From contig CAVRVY010000003.1 in assembly GCA_963724765.1 (NCBI GenBank), positions 288,001 to 352,000 of the forward strand: a stretch of 64,000 nt of DNA, given 5' to 3'. The number at the start of each line of letters is the position of its first letter. Within the stretch, counting starts at the first letter, position 1. Shown here one piece after another: positions 49,406 through 60,121 of the stretch. A program made the position numbers and the translations under genes. The notes under the pieces were generated by a model. The model did not search any database and was not told where the DNA came from. It saw only the letters and a program-made list of their open reading frames with translations. Origin of the DNA: an uncultured delta proteobacterium (GTDB lineage Bacteria; Desulfobacterota; Binatia; Binatales; Binataceae).

Positions 49406-50131
49406 ATGAAATTTCTGATCTTTCAGCATGCGCGAGTGGAACATCCCGCGATCTTTCGTGAATTCTTTGCGGCCGATGGGATTGAATGGCATGCGATCGA
49501 GCTCGATGAAGGTGAAGCTATCCCAAGTCTGGATGGCTTCGATGCGCTCATGGCATTTGGCGGCCCGATGGATGTCTGGCAAGAGCGCGCGCATCCGTGG
49601 CTCGTCGCTGAAAAGGCCGCTATCCGATCATGGGTGTGCGAACGACGAAAGCCATTTCTCGGCATCTGTCTTGGACATCAACTACTGGCGGACGCCCTTG
49701 GTGGAACAGTCCGAAAGATGGACATGCCGGAAATCGGCGTTTGTGAAGTCACCCTCAACTCGGCTGGTGCCTCTTCCCCACTTTTCCGCGACTTGCCACC
49801 GGTCCTCCCGGTGCTCCAATGGCACGGAGCCGCGGTGCAACGAGTGCCCGACGGCGGCGTGGTCCTAGCGAGCAATGCTCACTGCGCGATCCAATCTTTC
49901 TCGTTCGCTGACATCGCTTACGGCGTGCAGTATCATATGGAGCCAACGGAGTGCACGGTCCAGGAGTGGAGCCAGATTCCCGAATATCGTGAATCGCTCG
50001 AACAGATAGCCGGCAAAGATGGCCCATCGCGTTTGGAACAGCAAACGATCGAACGCATTGACGACTTTCGGAATTATTCGAAGATCATACACCGCAATTT
50101 CCTGAGAATTGTCGAAACCGGCGCTCCATAA
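49406..50131 (+). CDS. Type 1 glutamine amidotransferase-like protein
   Basis: GGPMDV, GICLGHQ, QYHME. Confidence 0.9.
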   Translation: MKFLIFQHARVEHPAIFREFFAADGIEWHAIELDEGEAIPSLDGFDALMAFGGPMDVWQERAHPWLVAEKAAIRSWVCERRKPFLGICLGHQLLADALGGTVRKMDMPEIGVCEVTLNSAGASSPLFRDLPPVLPVLQWHGAAVQRVPDGGVVLASNAHCAIQSFSFADIAYGVQYHMEPTECTVQEWSQIPEYRESLEQIAGKDGPSRLEQQTIERIDDFRNYSKIIHRNFLRIVETGAP

Positions 50132-50170
50132 GTTAAGCCGGCCGACTTCAGGGCGCGCGAAAACGCTGCA

Positions 50171-51046
50171 ATGCCTCACCCCAGTCAGACTTCGGCTCGA
50201 ACTGCCACCCTTCTGATGAAATGTCCCGACCGCAAGGGTCTGGTGCGCGGTATTGCCGACTTCATCTCAGGTAACGGCGGCAACATTCTTCACGCCGATC
50301 ATCACATCGATTTCGAAACACACTACTTCTTCTCTCGGGTCGAATGGGAAATCGATGAGTTTACGATCCCGGAAAAGGAAATAGCAGCGTCGTTCAGGCC
50401 ACTCGCCGAGGCCTACGCTATGGAATGGCAACTGCGCTTCTCCGACGAGCATCCGGCGATCGCAATTTTCGTTTCGACCCTCGACCATTGTCTTGTCGAT
50501 CTTCTGCATCGCTGGTCCATCGGCGAATTCCCGGGCAGTGTCGTCGCTGTAGTCAGCAATCATCTCGATCTTAAGGAGACGGCGGAGCACCAGGCGATCC
50601 CGTATCATCACTTTCCGATCACTGTGCAGAACAAGCGCGCTCAGGAAGCGAAGCAACTTGAGCTTCTCTCGTCGTTGGGCGTCGACCTTGTAATCTTCGC
50701 TCGCTATATGCAGGTCGTCAGCGACGAATTTATCGCCCGCTATCCCAACCGCATCATTAATATTCACCACTCTTTTCTGCCGGCGTTCATCGGTTCCAGC
50801 CCATATGCTCGCGCCTACGAGCGCGGGGTCAAGCTCATCGGCGCGACCGCCCACTACGTGACCCCGGTGCTTGATGCGGGACCGATCATCGAACAGGACG
50901 TCGTACGGGTGACGCACCGCGATACACTGGAAGATTTGATCAGGAAGGGTCGTGACCTCGAAAGGCTCGTGCTGGCGCGGGCAGTCCGGCTCGACCTGAA
51001 CAGACGGGTCCTTACTTATGCCAACAAGACAGTCGTCTTCGACTGA
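50171..51046 (+). CDS. purU: Formyltetrahydrofolate deformylase
   Basis: ACT domain CPDRKG; INIHHSFLPAF; DAGPIIEQD. Confidence 0.95.
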   Translation: MPHPSQTSARTATLLMKCPDRKGLVRGIADFISGNGGNILHADHHIDFETHYFFSRVEWEIDEFTIPEKEIAASFRPLAEAYAMEWQLRFSDEHPAIAIFVSTLDHCLVDLLHRWSIGEFPGSVVAVVSNHLDLKETAEHQAIPYHHFPITVQNKRAQEAKQLELLSSLGVDLVIFARYMQVVSDEFIARYPNRIINIHHSFLPAFIGSSPYARAYERGVKLIGATAHYVTPVLDAGPIIEQDVVRVTHRDTLEDLIRKGRDLERLVLARAVRLDLNRRVLTYANKTVVFD

Positions 51047-51941
51047 GCCCGGCCAATCATCCTCGGCCGTTTACGAGGGGCCACTGGGACAAATCCTGGA
51101 CGGTCAGGCGATCGCGCGCGACGTCCACGGCCAGGTGCGGCGTGGAGTCGAGCGCCTGGTGAGCGAGCACAGGGTACGGCCCGGCCTGGCGGCAATCGTG
51201 GTCGGCGACGATCCTGCTTCCAGGCTCTACGTCGAAACTAAGCGACGTGCTTGCGAGCGCGTGGGCATCACCTCATCCGTTCATCACTTGCCCGCTCGCA
51301 TCACCGAAGACCAGTTGGTTCATCTGATCTATCGTCTCAACCTTGATCCCGAAATACATGGCATACTGGTTCAACTTCCACTTCCTGATACAGCTCTGGA
51401 GAAGCCCGCCCTAGCCGAACTCGCTCCTGACAAGGACGTGGACGGCCTGAGCCCCATCAGTCAGGCGCGATTGCTCGCCGGCGAACCGGGGCTGCGCCCG
51501 TGCACGCCACTAGGGGTGATGGAGCTGATCGATCGGACCGGCATCGACCTCATTGGAAAGCGCGTGGTTATCGTCGGCCTGAGCGTGCTGGTGGGCAAGC
51601 CGCTGGTCCATCTGCTCCTGGAACGCAGCGCGACGCTCGTGTTGTGCCACGAGTTCACTCGTGACCTCGCCTCGGAAGTCGCGGGCGCCGAAGTGCTGGT
51701 GTCGGCAGTGGGCAAAGCGGGACTGATTCGCGGCGAGTGGATTCGACCTGGGGCAGTTGTGGTGGACGTGGGAATCACACGCACGCCGAATGGAGTCCTG
51801 GGCGACGTTGAGTTCGAGGCCGCCCGACGGCGCGCGAGCTTCATCACCCCCGTTCCTGGCGGCGTCGGCCCTATGACCGTCGCCATGCTTCTGCGTAATA
51901 CATTACTCGCAGCTCAGCAGATCTGCATGCAAGTAAGATAG
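51018..51941 (+). CDS. folD: Methylene-THF dehydrogenase/cyclohydrolase
   Basis: GILVQLPLP, KDVDG, PCTP, TPVPGGVGPMT. Confidence 0.95.
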   Translation: MPTRQSSSTEPGQSSSAVYEGPLGQILDGQAIARDVHGQVRRGVERLVSEHRVRPGLAAIVVGDDPASRLYVETKRRACERVGITSSVHHLPARITEDQLVHLIYRLNLDPEIHGILVQLPLPDTALEKPALAELAPDKDVDGLSPISQARLLAGEPGLRPCTPLGVMELIDRTGIDLIGKRVVIVGLSVLVGKPLVHLLLERSATLVLCHEFTRDLASEVAGAEVLVSAVGKAGLIRGEWIRPGAVVVDVGITRTPNGVLGDVEFEAARRRASFITPVPGGVGPMTVAMLLRNTLLAAQQICMQVR

Positions 51942-51994
51942 AATCGGCACTTCGATCAGGTGTTCGGATCCGTGAAGCACGTCGCCAGCAAAGG

Positions 51995-52260
51995 TCAGCG
52001 CGTCGCCAGGCTCGAGCCGGTACGTATTGCGGCCGTGCCGATAGGCAATCTTTCCAGCATGTAGATGAACTCGGCCCCTTCATGCTGGAAGGAGGGAAAG
52101 GCTTCGCTCTTATCGTTCATCGTGATGAGGAACGGTTCGAACAGCTTCCTGGGCCCGCGCCCATAAGCCAGCAAGTGGTACGTGTGGCTCCGTTTGGTGC
52201 CGACTCTGACCACCTCCATGCCCTGGCCAGATTTTACTTGCTGAGCACTTCCGTCCGGTA
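51995..52260 (-). pseudogene. Remnant of an XRE/cupin transcriptional regulator
   Basis: YHLLAY...KLFEPFLIT...FQHEGAEFIYMLE; HTH missing, frameshifted. Confidence 0.6.
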
Positions 52261-52727
52261 CAGCATAGCTCTGGAGAGAGAGCTAAGCGGAGTGCCGTGC
52301 TGCTGCGCTCGATGACGTCAAGTGTCGGTGCTTATCTGGATGGGTTAATGAGCCCTCCTCCAACGGCTGACCATCACGTCTCTCCAACTAACTAATCGTC
52401 GCCCGATCTCTTTACGCTGAAGAATATTTTGTTCTCACCCCTTTACTTTCGGAACAGGTCTATGTTATCCGAATTTCCTCTGCCTTCTCCAAAGGAATCT
52501 GACCCAACCAAGGTGGCGAAGGGCCGTTCGACGTAGTTCTCGCTACCTCGCAGGGTCTCCGGCGCGGACGCAGGCGGACGGACGATGGAGTTCCGTGGGG
52601 CTTTGCACAGCACCGTGCCCGGTGAGTTTCGGTGGGGGACTTTGCTATCCGCAGAGGCTGACTTGACCCGGTTCGCGGACTCGGCTGTGGCGCGGCAGCC
52701 GAAATAACGGCTTTCAGGAGGTGTGCG

Positions 52728-53648
52728 ATGCGTGCGGCGAAAATTTCGGCTTGTCAGTTTCCGATTGCGCGTGGCGGCTTCGACGATTTTCGGACGCGAG
52801 TCGAACAGGCCATGGCGGAGGTGCCGCGCGACAGCGACTACGTGCTGTTTCCCGAACTGTTTACGGTCGGCCTTTTGACGGTCTATCCAGACGCATCCTC
52901 GGTCGCGGATCTCACACGTATAGTCGAATTTACCCCGCGTTACAGGGAACTGTTCCATCAAATCGCGACCAGCCGCAAGCAATTCGTGCTGGCCGGTTCC
53001 CATCTTGAGAAGCAGGGCGACCTCTACTTCAACGTCGCGCACCTCTTTACGCCGGAGGGCCGCGAGTTGACCCACAAAAAGACCCATATTTTTCCAGCGG
53101 AGTCGCAATGGCAGACGACCGAGGGCGATACGCTGGAAGTCTGGGATATCGGCCCCGCGAAAGTTGGCGTCGCGATCTGCTACGAAGCGGAAATTCCCGA
53201 AGTCTGCAGAATCCTGGCCTACAATGGCGCCGAGATAATCCTTTGCCCGTCATTCACGTTTTCAGAAGCGGGCTTCTGGCGCGTCAGGCATTGCGCTCAG
53301 TCGCGATGCATCGAGAATCAGATCTACTTTGTCCATTGCTGCACGATCGGAAACGCCGGCGCACCACTTCCGCCGGGTTACGGTCGCAGTTCGATCCTTA
53401 GCCCTTGCGACCAGCCCTGGAATGCGAATGGCATCGTGGCAGAGGCGACAACGAACAAGCAGATGGTCATTACGGCAGCAGTCGACATCGATCCGCTATA
53501 CGACAATCGCAAGACCGGAGCCGCAACCACCTTCAACGATCGTATCCGAAGAGCGCCGATGTATAACCAATACCCACCTTATCGGCCGGGCGTCGAAGGG
53601 AGCATGTCGGCCAGTGAGAGAGTAGGAGCTCCTAACACGCAGGTATAA
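52728..53648 (+). CDS. Nitrilase-superfamily carbon-nitrogen hydrolase
   Basis: FPE, HKKTH and ICYE catalytic E-K-C. Confidence 0.9.
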   Translation: MRAAKISACQFPIARGGFDDFRTRVEQAMAEVPRDSDYVLFPELFTVGLLTVYPDASSVADLTRIVEFTPRYRELFHQIATSRKQFVLAGSHLEKQGDLYFNVAHLFTPEGRELTHKKTHIFPAESQWQTTEGDTLEVWDIGPAKVGVAICYEAEIPEVCRILAYNGAEIILCPSFTFSEAGFWRVRHCAQSRCIENQIYFVHCCTIGNAGAPLPPGYGRSSILSPCDQPWNANGIVAEATTNKQMVITAAVDIDPLYDNRKTGAATTFNDRIRRAPMYNQYPPYRPGVEGSMSASERVGAPNTQV

Positions 53649-53723
53649 CAGTCCGAGTGGCAAGAATTTAGTCTGGGTAACCGCTGAAAAAAGCCGATCG
53701 AGTAGTCAGGGAGGGACGCTGCG

Positions 53724-54578
53724 ATGCCTCAGGTAGCTGGCAAGGTAAAAATCCCGGCAGGAAAAAAGATAGCAGTTAACATCGGCTGCGACTTCGACGC
53801 TCAGGCGATCTGGATAGGCTCATTCAATCTGACGTCGCCGGCATACATGGCGCGCGGTGAGTTCGGTGCGGAGGTCGCCACCCCGCGCCTGCTCAAGCTG
53901 TTCGACAAGCATCACATCAAGACCTCGTGGTGCATTCCAGGTCATACCGTGGATACGTGGCCCGAACTCTGTCGGGAGATAGTAGCCGCCGGGCACGAGA
54001 TCGGACACCATGGTTACGTTCACGAAAATCCCACACCCATGAGCCTGGCCGAAGAGCGCAAGGTCATGCAGATGGGGCTGGAGGCACTATCCCGGATCGG
54101 CGTGAAGCCGCGGGTGTACCGTTCCCCGTACTGGGATTTCAGCCCCAATACGCTGTCGATCCTGGAAGAGAACGGGTTTTCCGCCGACAGCAGTCTGATG
54201 GGCAACGATCTGCACCCCTACGTGATCCGGCGGGTCGAAGTAAATGCAGATAAGGCCAATGTTTTCGGCGCCTCCAGCAAGGTTCTTGAGATTCCGGTGT
54301 CCTGGTATCTCGATGATTTTCCCCCAGAGGAATACATCACCGGCAAGCAGGAAGGGATGAATCCCGTTGGCGGAATTTTCGATCGATGGAAAGCGATATT
54401 TGACTACGCGATCGAGAATGAAACTGGCGCCTGTTACGTCGTTACCACTCATCCACAGACCATGGGTAGAGCGCACATGATTTCGCGGCTCGAAGGTTTG
54501 ATTGAGTACATTGCGGAGAAGGGAGGATGGTTCGCGACCCTCAGCGAGATCCGCGACGCGACGGAGATCCCCAAATAG
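53724..54578 (+). CDS. Polysaccharide deacetylase (CE4, PuuE/PgdA-like)
   Basis: DFDA, HEIGHHGYVHE, RSPYW, DSSLM, THPQ. Confidence 0.9.
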   Translation: MPQVAGKVKIPAGKKIAVNIGCDFDAQAIWIGSFNLTSPAYMARGEFGAEVATPRLLKLFDKHHIKTSWCIPGHTVDTWPELCREIVAAGHEIGHHGYVHENPTPMSLAEERKVMQMGLEALSRIGVKPRVYRSPYWDFSPNTLSILEENGFSADSSLMGNDLHPYVIRRVEVNADKANVFGASSKVLEIPVSWYLDDFPPEEYITGKQEGMNPVGGIFDRWKAIFDYAIENETGACYVVTTHPQTMGRAHMISRLEGLIEYIAEKGGWFATLSEIRDATEIPK

Positions 54579-54958
54579 CTCCCGGATGCCGCGTGCACCG
54601 CTCAATCAGAGGCCAGCCGCAAGACAGTACGGAGCGCCGCGCCTGCAAATTGCCGGCGAGAGCGCGGTGCCATCAAGCTCATAGAGCGTAGCGCTTATGC
54701 CGAGACCCTGATCAAGAAGGGGCTTATAACCGTATCCGACATGGATCTGGAATGCACGTGCTGCGTAGACGATAGCGTGCTGGAGCGCTATTGGAAGGAT
54801 CTTTACAAATACACTGTGTCAGACCGATCGAATATTAGTCGAATATTAAGTCGCCGCTTTCGCGGGTGCGGCCCGCAGAAAGAAACAATTTGCCTTTTTA
54901 ATCATTTGCGGTTGTTCACCCAACAGGCGCGGGAAACCGCCATCGAGGAGGCCGAGCG

Positions 54959-55405
54959 ATGAAACAGATCATCTACGCCATGCAGTTCAAGGGACAGGGC
55001 GGGCCAGGCGGAGCTCCCAACCTGCTCAAGGCTACGACGAGTTCTCCGAGTTGCACGCTTACGACCGTTGTTGGTCCCGATGGTGTGCAGGGCAGCGTGC
55101 AGCCTGCGGCTGGCGGCAAGGCCTCGTTCGAGTCGGAGGTGACGGTTACGGGCGAAACGTCATTTCTGGAATCGGGGACTATACGCTTCGGCGACGGCAA
55201 TCATCGCCTGCGCTTCAGCACGGTGGGTCAGGGATACCTCGGCGACAGCGCGGAGCCGAAGGTCAAGTCGGGAGCCGTGACGTGGCGGATTGACGGCGGC
55301 GAGGGTCAGTTTGCCGGCGCCAGCGGCTACATCACTTCGAACTTCACGCTGGACGAAGCGGGCCATGTGACCGATAACCAGTTCGGCGTGATCTACGTCA
55401 AATAG
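54959..55405 (+). CDS. Hypothetical beta-rich protein
   Basis: GAGGAGG RBS; GGEGQFAGASGYI motif resembling dirigent/AOC barrels. Confidence 0.75.
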   Translation: MKQIIYAMQFKGQGGPGGAPNLLKATTSSPSCTLTTVVGPDGVQGSVQPAAGGKASFESEVTVTGETSFLESGTIRFGDGNHRLRFSTVGQGYLGDSAEPKVKSGAVTWRIDGGEGQFAGASGYITSNFTLDEAGHVTDNQFGVIYVK

Positions 55406-55533
55406 AAAGCCCGACCATAAAGAGCGCGCCAGCCTGCGCCAGCGCATCCCTCGGACCGGCCTGGTGTGCACGGCAAAGACGCGCGCTCAGTGTTCGAGCA
55501 AGGCGCGATGGCCTGCGGCTGCTCGCCGCGTTT

Positions 55534-56223
55534 TCAGTAAGCAGGGAAGCGGCGTGCTAGTCCGTCGAATGCTTCGAGCATCCGTTCTCGCCACTTTGCG
55601 ATTGGGTCGGCCGTTTCGAGCAACGCGAACGGGCTTATCGCTCTGGCCCATTGGAAGCCGCCGAACACGATATAGTCGGGGTAAAGCGGCGTCTCGCCGC
55701 CGAAGAACGGCTGCGTTTGCAGCGTTAGACGCAGAGGCTCCAAAGTCTGCCGGAAACCCGGGATGCGCTTTTCGCGGTTGGCGCAAAAATTCTCCAGCGA
55801 CATGCCGAAGCGCTTCTCGCGGCTCTGGCGAAAGTAGTCGCGGTCGCGGGGATCGAGATGACGGAAAATGTCGGCGACGACGAAGCTCGCGATGCCTGGT
55901 ATCTGTACGATGTCGGCCCAGCTGTTGAAAAAGCGCGCCTCCGCCCGCCCAGCGGGTCCGCCGAAGAGCGACGACCGATCGGGATAAGCATCTTCCAGGT
56001 AGCTCGCGATCGCCCACGAGTCTGCTACCACGCGGCCACCGTCCTCGATGACCGGAACCCTTTCCTGTCCGGAATGCGCGATTACCGCTTTTTCGGAAAA
56101 GCGCCAGGGTATCGTCTCGACCGTCAACCCCTTGTGTGCCAGCGCCATCCGGATGCGCCAGCAATATGGGCTGAACCGGCGAGCGGTTTCCTCTCCAGCA
56201 AGATCATACATCCTGATCGCCAT
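55534..56223 (-). CDS. Glutathione S-transferase (LigE/beta-etherase-like clade)
   Basis: YDLAG..RRFSPYCWRIRMALAHKGL, VPVI, DSWAIA, DYIVFGGFQW. Confidence 0.9.
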   Translation of the reverse strand: MAIRMYDLAGEETARRFSPYCWRIRMALAHKGLTVETIPWRFSEKAVIAHSGQERVPVIEDGGRVVADSWAIASYLEDAYPDRSSLFGGPAGRAEARFFNSWADIVQIPGIASFVVADIFRHLDPRDRDYFRQSREKRFGMSLENFCANREKRIPGFRQTLEPLRLTLQTQPFFGGETPLYPDYIVFGGFQWARAISPFALLETADPIAKWRERMLEAFDGLARRFPAY

Positions 56224-56874
56224 CGCTGTAATCTCCCGCGCTCTGAACTCTTCGCGATCGTTGGAGCTAATCGCGCCGCGCCGGCCGGCTCCGGTCAAAA
56301 CTGTGAGCTATCACATCTGACAGCGTCCGTCATCCTGGATGCGCAGCCGGTATTCTAATTCGTTGCTCTAACAACTTTTTTCTCTTGCGTTTTGGATCTT
56401 AAGCAAGCAGGTCGCGTCGCGAGGCGGTTTGCCAGACGCGCCTCGGACTGCAATAAAAGGAAGGCTGCGAGATGCGGAATCAGTACAAATGCCGCTGCGA
56501 TCGCAGTGATCAGAACGTTCTCGAATTTCAGACGGTCGGCCACCTAACGGACTTCATCACTGTGCACACCTTCGGCGGGCGTGGCTCGCCATTGTTCTAG
56601 GACTCCCGTCAAGAGAGTGGTCGGCCCCAGCGATGGGCGCTGATCTTTGCCCGTCTTCAAAACTCCTGTCATGACCGGGGTTTTGCTGCGGCGCAAATCA
56701 TAAACATCCGACGCTAGCCGATGACCGGACAGCCCAGCGGCGAACTCCGGCCAATAGTAACTCACGGCAAGCGCTCTAATCGCTATTACTGCTCATAAGT
56801 AGTGGAGTGGTTTGAGTCTGCCTCGGTGCGGCCGCGCGTCGATTTTGGAACACGAAGGTAAAAAGGAGAATCAA

Positions 56875-57233
56875 ATGAGCACAAGATCGATTCTACTGTT
56901 GATACTCATCCTGAGTATTTCGGTGCAGACCGCAAACGCCGGTCCGGCAAATCGAAACCTCGCATCCCAACCGCAAGGGCAGGCGACCGTGCCGATCAAT
57001 CTGGACGGATTCGGAGCGCCACTGCCCGGGGTGGCGCAGGACCGACCATGATGCGGACCGTGCCGCTGTGGGGCCTTCGCGCGAAGTCCCAATTCCTTCA
57101 TAATGGCCGCGCGGCTGACATCCCGACCGCGATCAAGTTGCACGACGGGCAGGGCAAGCCGGCGGCGCAGGCCTTCGGAGCGCTGAATGCGCAACAACAG
57201 TCGGACGTGGTGAATTTTCTTAATACGCTCTGA
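56875..57233 (+). pseudogene. Di-heme oxidoreductase (DHOR)-family remnant with internal deletion
   Basis: Signal peptide and FGAPLPG joined to C-terminal RTVPLWGLR..FLHNGRA..AIKLHDG...FLNTL. Confidence 0.7.
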
Positions 57234-57498
57234 TGTAACGCGCGCACTTGCGGCATCGCTTGACCATAGCGGTGCCTGCCCGGAAGTTCATCGAGGCGGG
57301 TCAGCCTGGCGGGCGACGGCCGTTCAATGGCCGTCGCCCGTCGCACTTGTCCCGCGACAAATCGCTCGCTTTATAGACGATCCGGCGTCACATCAGCGCA
57401 GCGCCGAACGTTGCGATCCAGCGACGACACCTGCCTCCACGATTCCACAACGCATAATTAAGCATAATATAGAAGTGCTACGCACCATGAGGCGCCAT

Positions 57499-57513
57499 TG
57501 GCACGTCTCATGC
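57499..57513 (+). promoter_or_regulatory. Putative sigma54 -24/-12 promoter
   Basis: TGGCACGTCTCATGC. Confidence 0.5.
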
Positions 57514-58107
57514 CTACAAAGTTGCACACAACGGCATTTGCGACACCAGTAAAAGTCAAGGACGATTCGAGCGTGAGTCTGAAGAGTAGAATTCGCGACG
57601 CGCAACGCGAGGCGGCCAAGCACGCTACAGCTAATCTTCGTCGTCACACAACCGACAAGGAACCTCCTGCTATGATTAGCTCACAAGACCCCGTCGAAGA
57701 CGAAATGAAGCGAGCGACGCCCACGGTCGATGAAATCAGGACCGCGCTGCTGCGCAAATCCGCCAACGGCAAGAAAACGCGATGAAGCGCCGCCACGCCA
57801 TCGGGGGTCGCGGGTGAGTATCGTGCTGCGATTTTGCTTCCTGGTCGGTCTGCTCGGGTTTGCAGCCGTGTTTCGCTTGCCTGAAACAAGACTGTTAGCT
57901 CTGATCGTAGCGGACTACGCCGCCTTCTGTGTCCTTTATCGCCTTGCGCAAAGATGGCAGGCGCGAAATTTCGCGAAAGACTGCCGTGATCTCGTCGAGA
58001 CCTACAACGTCGGTGACGAGCTCGCGAAAAAACTGACCAACTATTGGGCTAACGAACGCCGGTCGTGAGCCAGCCCGAATCTGCGAGCGCGCCGGTTCGC
58101 AGCCACT

Positions 58108-59406
58108 TCACCTTACTCCGTCCGCCTTCCATTCGAGGGTTTCGGGCATCAGGAGCCACAGCATCAGCAGCGCCGCCGCCGCCACCGAGACCAGGAACGC
58201 GAATCCGGCCTGATCGCCGAAGTGGTGAACGATGGCTCCGGCGACGGTTTGACTGAGCGCCGCGCCGATTCCGACGGCGGTCGCGATAGCGCCCAGCGTA
58301 AGGTTGAACCGTCCGGTGCCGCGCGTCAGATCGGCCACCACCAGCACGGAAACAACACCAAAAATGCCCGCGCCAATTCCGTCGAGCACCTGGATGCTGA
58401 CCAGCAGGTAGATGCTATTGGTCAGCGTATAGAGGATGCCGCGCACGGGCAGCACACTGAACCCGATCAGCAGCAGCGGCTTTCTACCCCAGGAACCCGC
58501 GGCGCGCCCGGCCCATGCGGCAATTAGCGTGATCGTGAACTGGGTCGTGACCACACAGGCGGACATGAACATCATCGAACTGCGGCCCTTGCCCTTCGCC
58601 AGCATCTCGCCCAGCAACGGAAGCATCGCCGCGTTGGCGAAGTGAAAAAGCACCGAGCAGCACAGAAAGATCACCAGTGGGCGATCCTTCGTCAGAGACC
58701 AGACACTGGCGGGCTTTTCGTCGTCGGCCCCCACTTTGGCTCCCCTCGCCAGTTCGTGGTCGATCTCGTCCGGCCGAATGAGGAGCAGCGACAGAATCGT
58801 CGGGACCGCGAGCGCCACGACAAAGAAAAAGACGCCGCGGTTCGAAATGAAAAATCCAATCACCCCCATCATCACCGCGGCGACCACATTGCCCGCCGAA
58901 TTGAATGTCTGGTTTCGTCCCTGGCGGCGATCGAAGAGACTGTGCCCCACCAGGCCGAGCGAGATGGCGGCAATGGCAAGCATGAAGAAACTGGACATCC
59001 CGCCGATGAGCGCCTGGGCCGTCATCACTATCCAGAACGACGGAAAGAGCGCTATCAGAAGCGCACCGATCGCCAGCGCGGACACGCCAGCCGCAATCAG
59101 CGCTCTTTTGGACCTGATTCGATCCACCAGGCCGCCCGCCGGGGTCTGCGAGGCGATACCGGCGATTCCAGCGACCGTAAGCGCCAGACCAACGCGCTGT
59201 TCGTTCCAGCCGTATGCGGCCAGGTAGATCGCGAGAAACGGCCCAACGCCTGACTGTACGTCGGCGAGCAGAAAATTGAGCCAGTCGAGCCCACGCAGGC
59301 TGCGCGAGGAGGGCCACCGGTCTTCATTCAAGCCGGCCGCAGTGGTGATTGGCTTGCCGCCCGCTTCCGACCCGGTCGCGCAACGGTCCGTCTGTCGCCG
59401 CGTCAT
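58108..59406 (-). CDS. MFS transporter
   Basis: LNFLLADVQSGVGPFLA, GGLVDR, FHFANAAMLPL. Confidence 0.9.
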   Translation of the reverse strand: MTRRQTDRCATGSEAGGKPITTAAGLNEDRWPSSRSLRGLDWLNFLLADVQSGVGPFLAIYLAAYGWNEQRVGLALTVAGIAGIASQTPAGGLVDRIRSKRALIAAGVSALAIGALLIALFPSFWIVMTAQALIGGMSSFFMLAIAAISLGLVGHSLFDRRQGRNQTFNSAGNVVAAVMMGVIGFFISNRGVFFFVVALAVPTILSLLLIRPDEIDHELARGAKVGADDEKPASVWSLTKDRPLVIFLCCSVLFHFANAAMLPLLGEMLAKGKGRSSMMFMSACVVTTQFTITLIAAWAGRAAGSWGRKPLLLIGFSVLPVRGILYTLTNSIYLLVSIQVLDGIGAGIFGVVSVLVVADLTRGTGRFNLTLGAIATAVGIGAALSQTVAGAIVHHFGDQAGFAFLVSVAAAALLMLWLLMPETLEWKADGVR

Positions 59407-59661
59407 CCGCAGGGATCCTCAAGTCCGGCGCAGTTGCACCCTGCCAGCCGGTCTCAGCAGATGCGCGCGGCACTGAATGATCAAGCATGCGTGGTTACTT
59501 GGTCTGAATGCAATGTGCCGAATCGATCCGGCGGAACGTTGGGCCTGACCGCGGCGTAGCGTCGCCGCGCGCGCCCGTTTTGAAGCGGGAGCCGCGCCAC
59601 CGATGCCCTGCTTCGCGCGTGAGCACGAGCGCTCAAGATCTGCGGCGCGGCTCCGCGCATC

Positions 59662-60096
59662 TCATCTCGATTTCTCCGGAGCCGGAATTTCTACGTTCGG
59701 CTTCGGCAGGTCCTCCACATGAAGATCGCCGTGCCGGCCAAGATAGATGATCCGCCATTGGTTGAGAAAAACCACGTAATTCGCGATCCCGGCTGCGATG
59801 GCGCGGCGCAGGAACTCCGGGTAATCGATTTCCCGGCGCTGGACCGCCAGCAGCGCCGCCTTTAGCTCGTCGGCGGCGAAACGATCAGCGACCGCGCCCG
59901 AGTCGGCCAGCGGCAGCGGCTCGACGTGTGTCTCGCCCGACCCCGTGTAGTAAGTCTTGCAAAGGCGCACCAGGTCCGCCTCGTAACGCTCGATCTCATT
60001 GGCAGCGAGCCTTTTCACTTCCTGCGGGAAATTCGTCCGGTTCGCGAACGAATCCTGCAGGCATTCCCTGATCACCTCAACTTTCAACGCATCCAT
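59662..60096 (-). CDS. DUF1398-family protein
   Basis: FPQEV..L...IERYEADL; IDYPEFLRR...GI..Y.V; YLGRHGD.HVE. Confidence 0.75.
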   Translation of the reverse strand: MDALKVEVIRECLQDSFANRTNFPQEVKRLAANEIERYEADLVRLCKTYYTGSGETHVEPLPLADSGAVADRFAADELKAALLAVQRREIDYPEFLRRAIAAGIANYVVFLNQWRIIYLGRHGDLHVEDLPKPNVEIPAPEKSR

Positions 60097-60121
60097 TTGC
60101 GACCCTCCTTGCCCCTGGCGC

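Noticed and set aside
52440-52720. Riboswitch in the long leader of the nitrilase-family gene
   Set aside because: No recognisable guanidine, THF, glycine or other aptamer consensus by eye; an Infernal/Rfam scan would be needed
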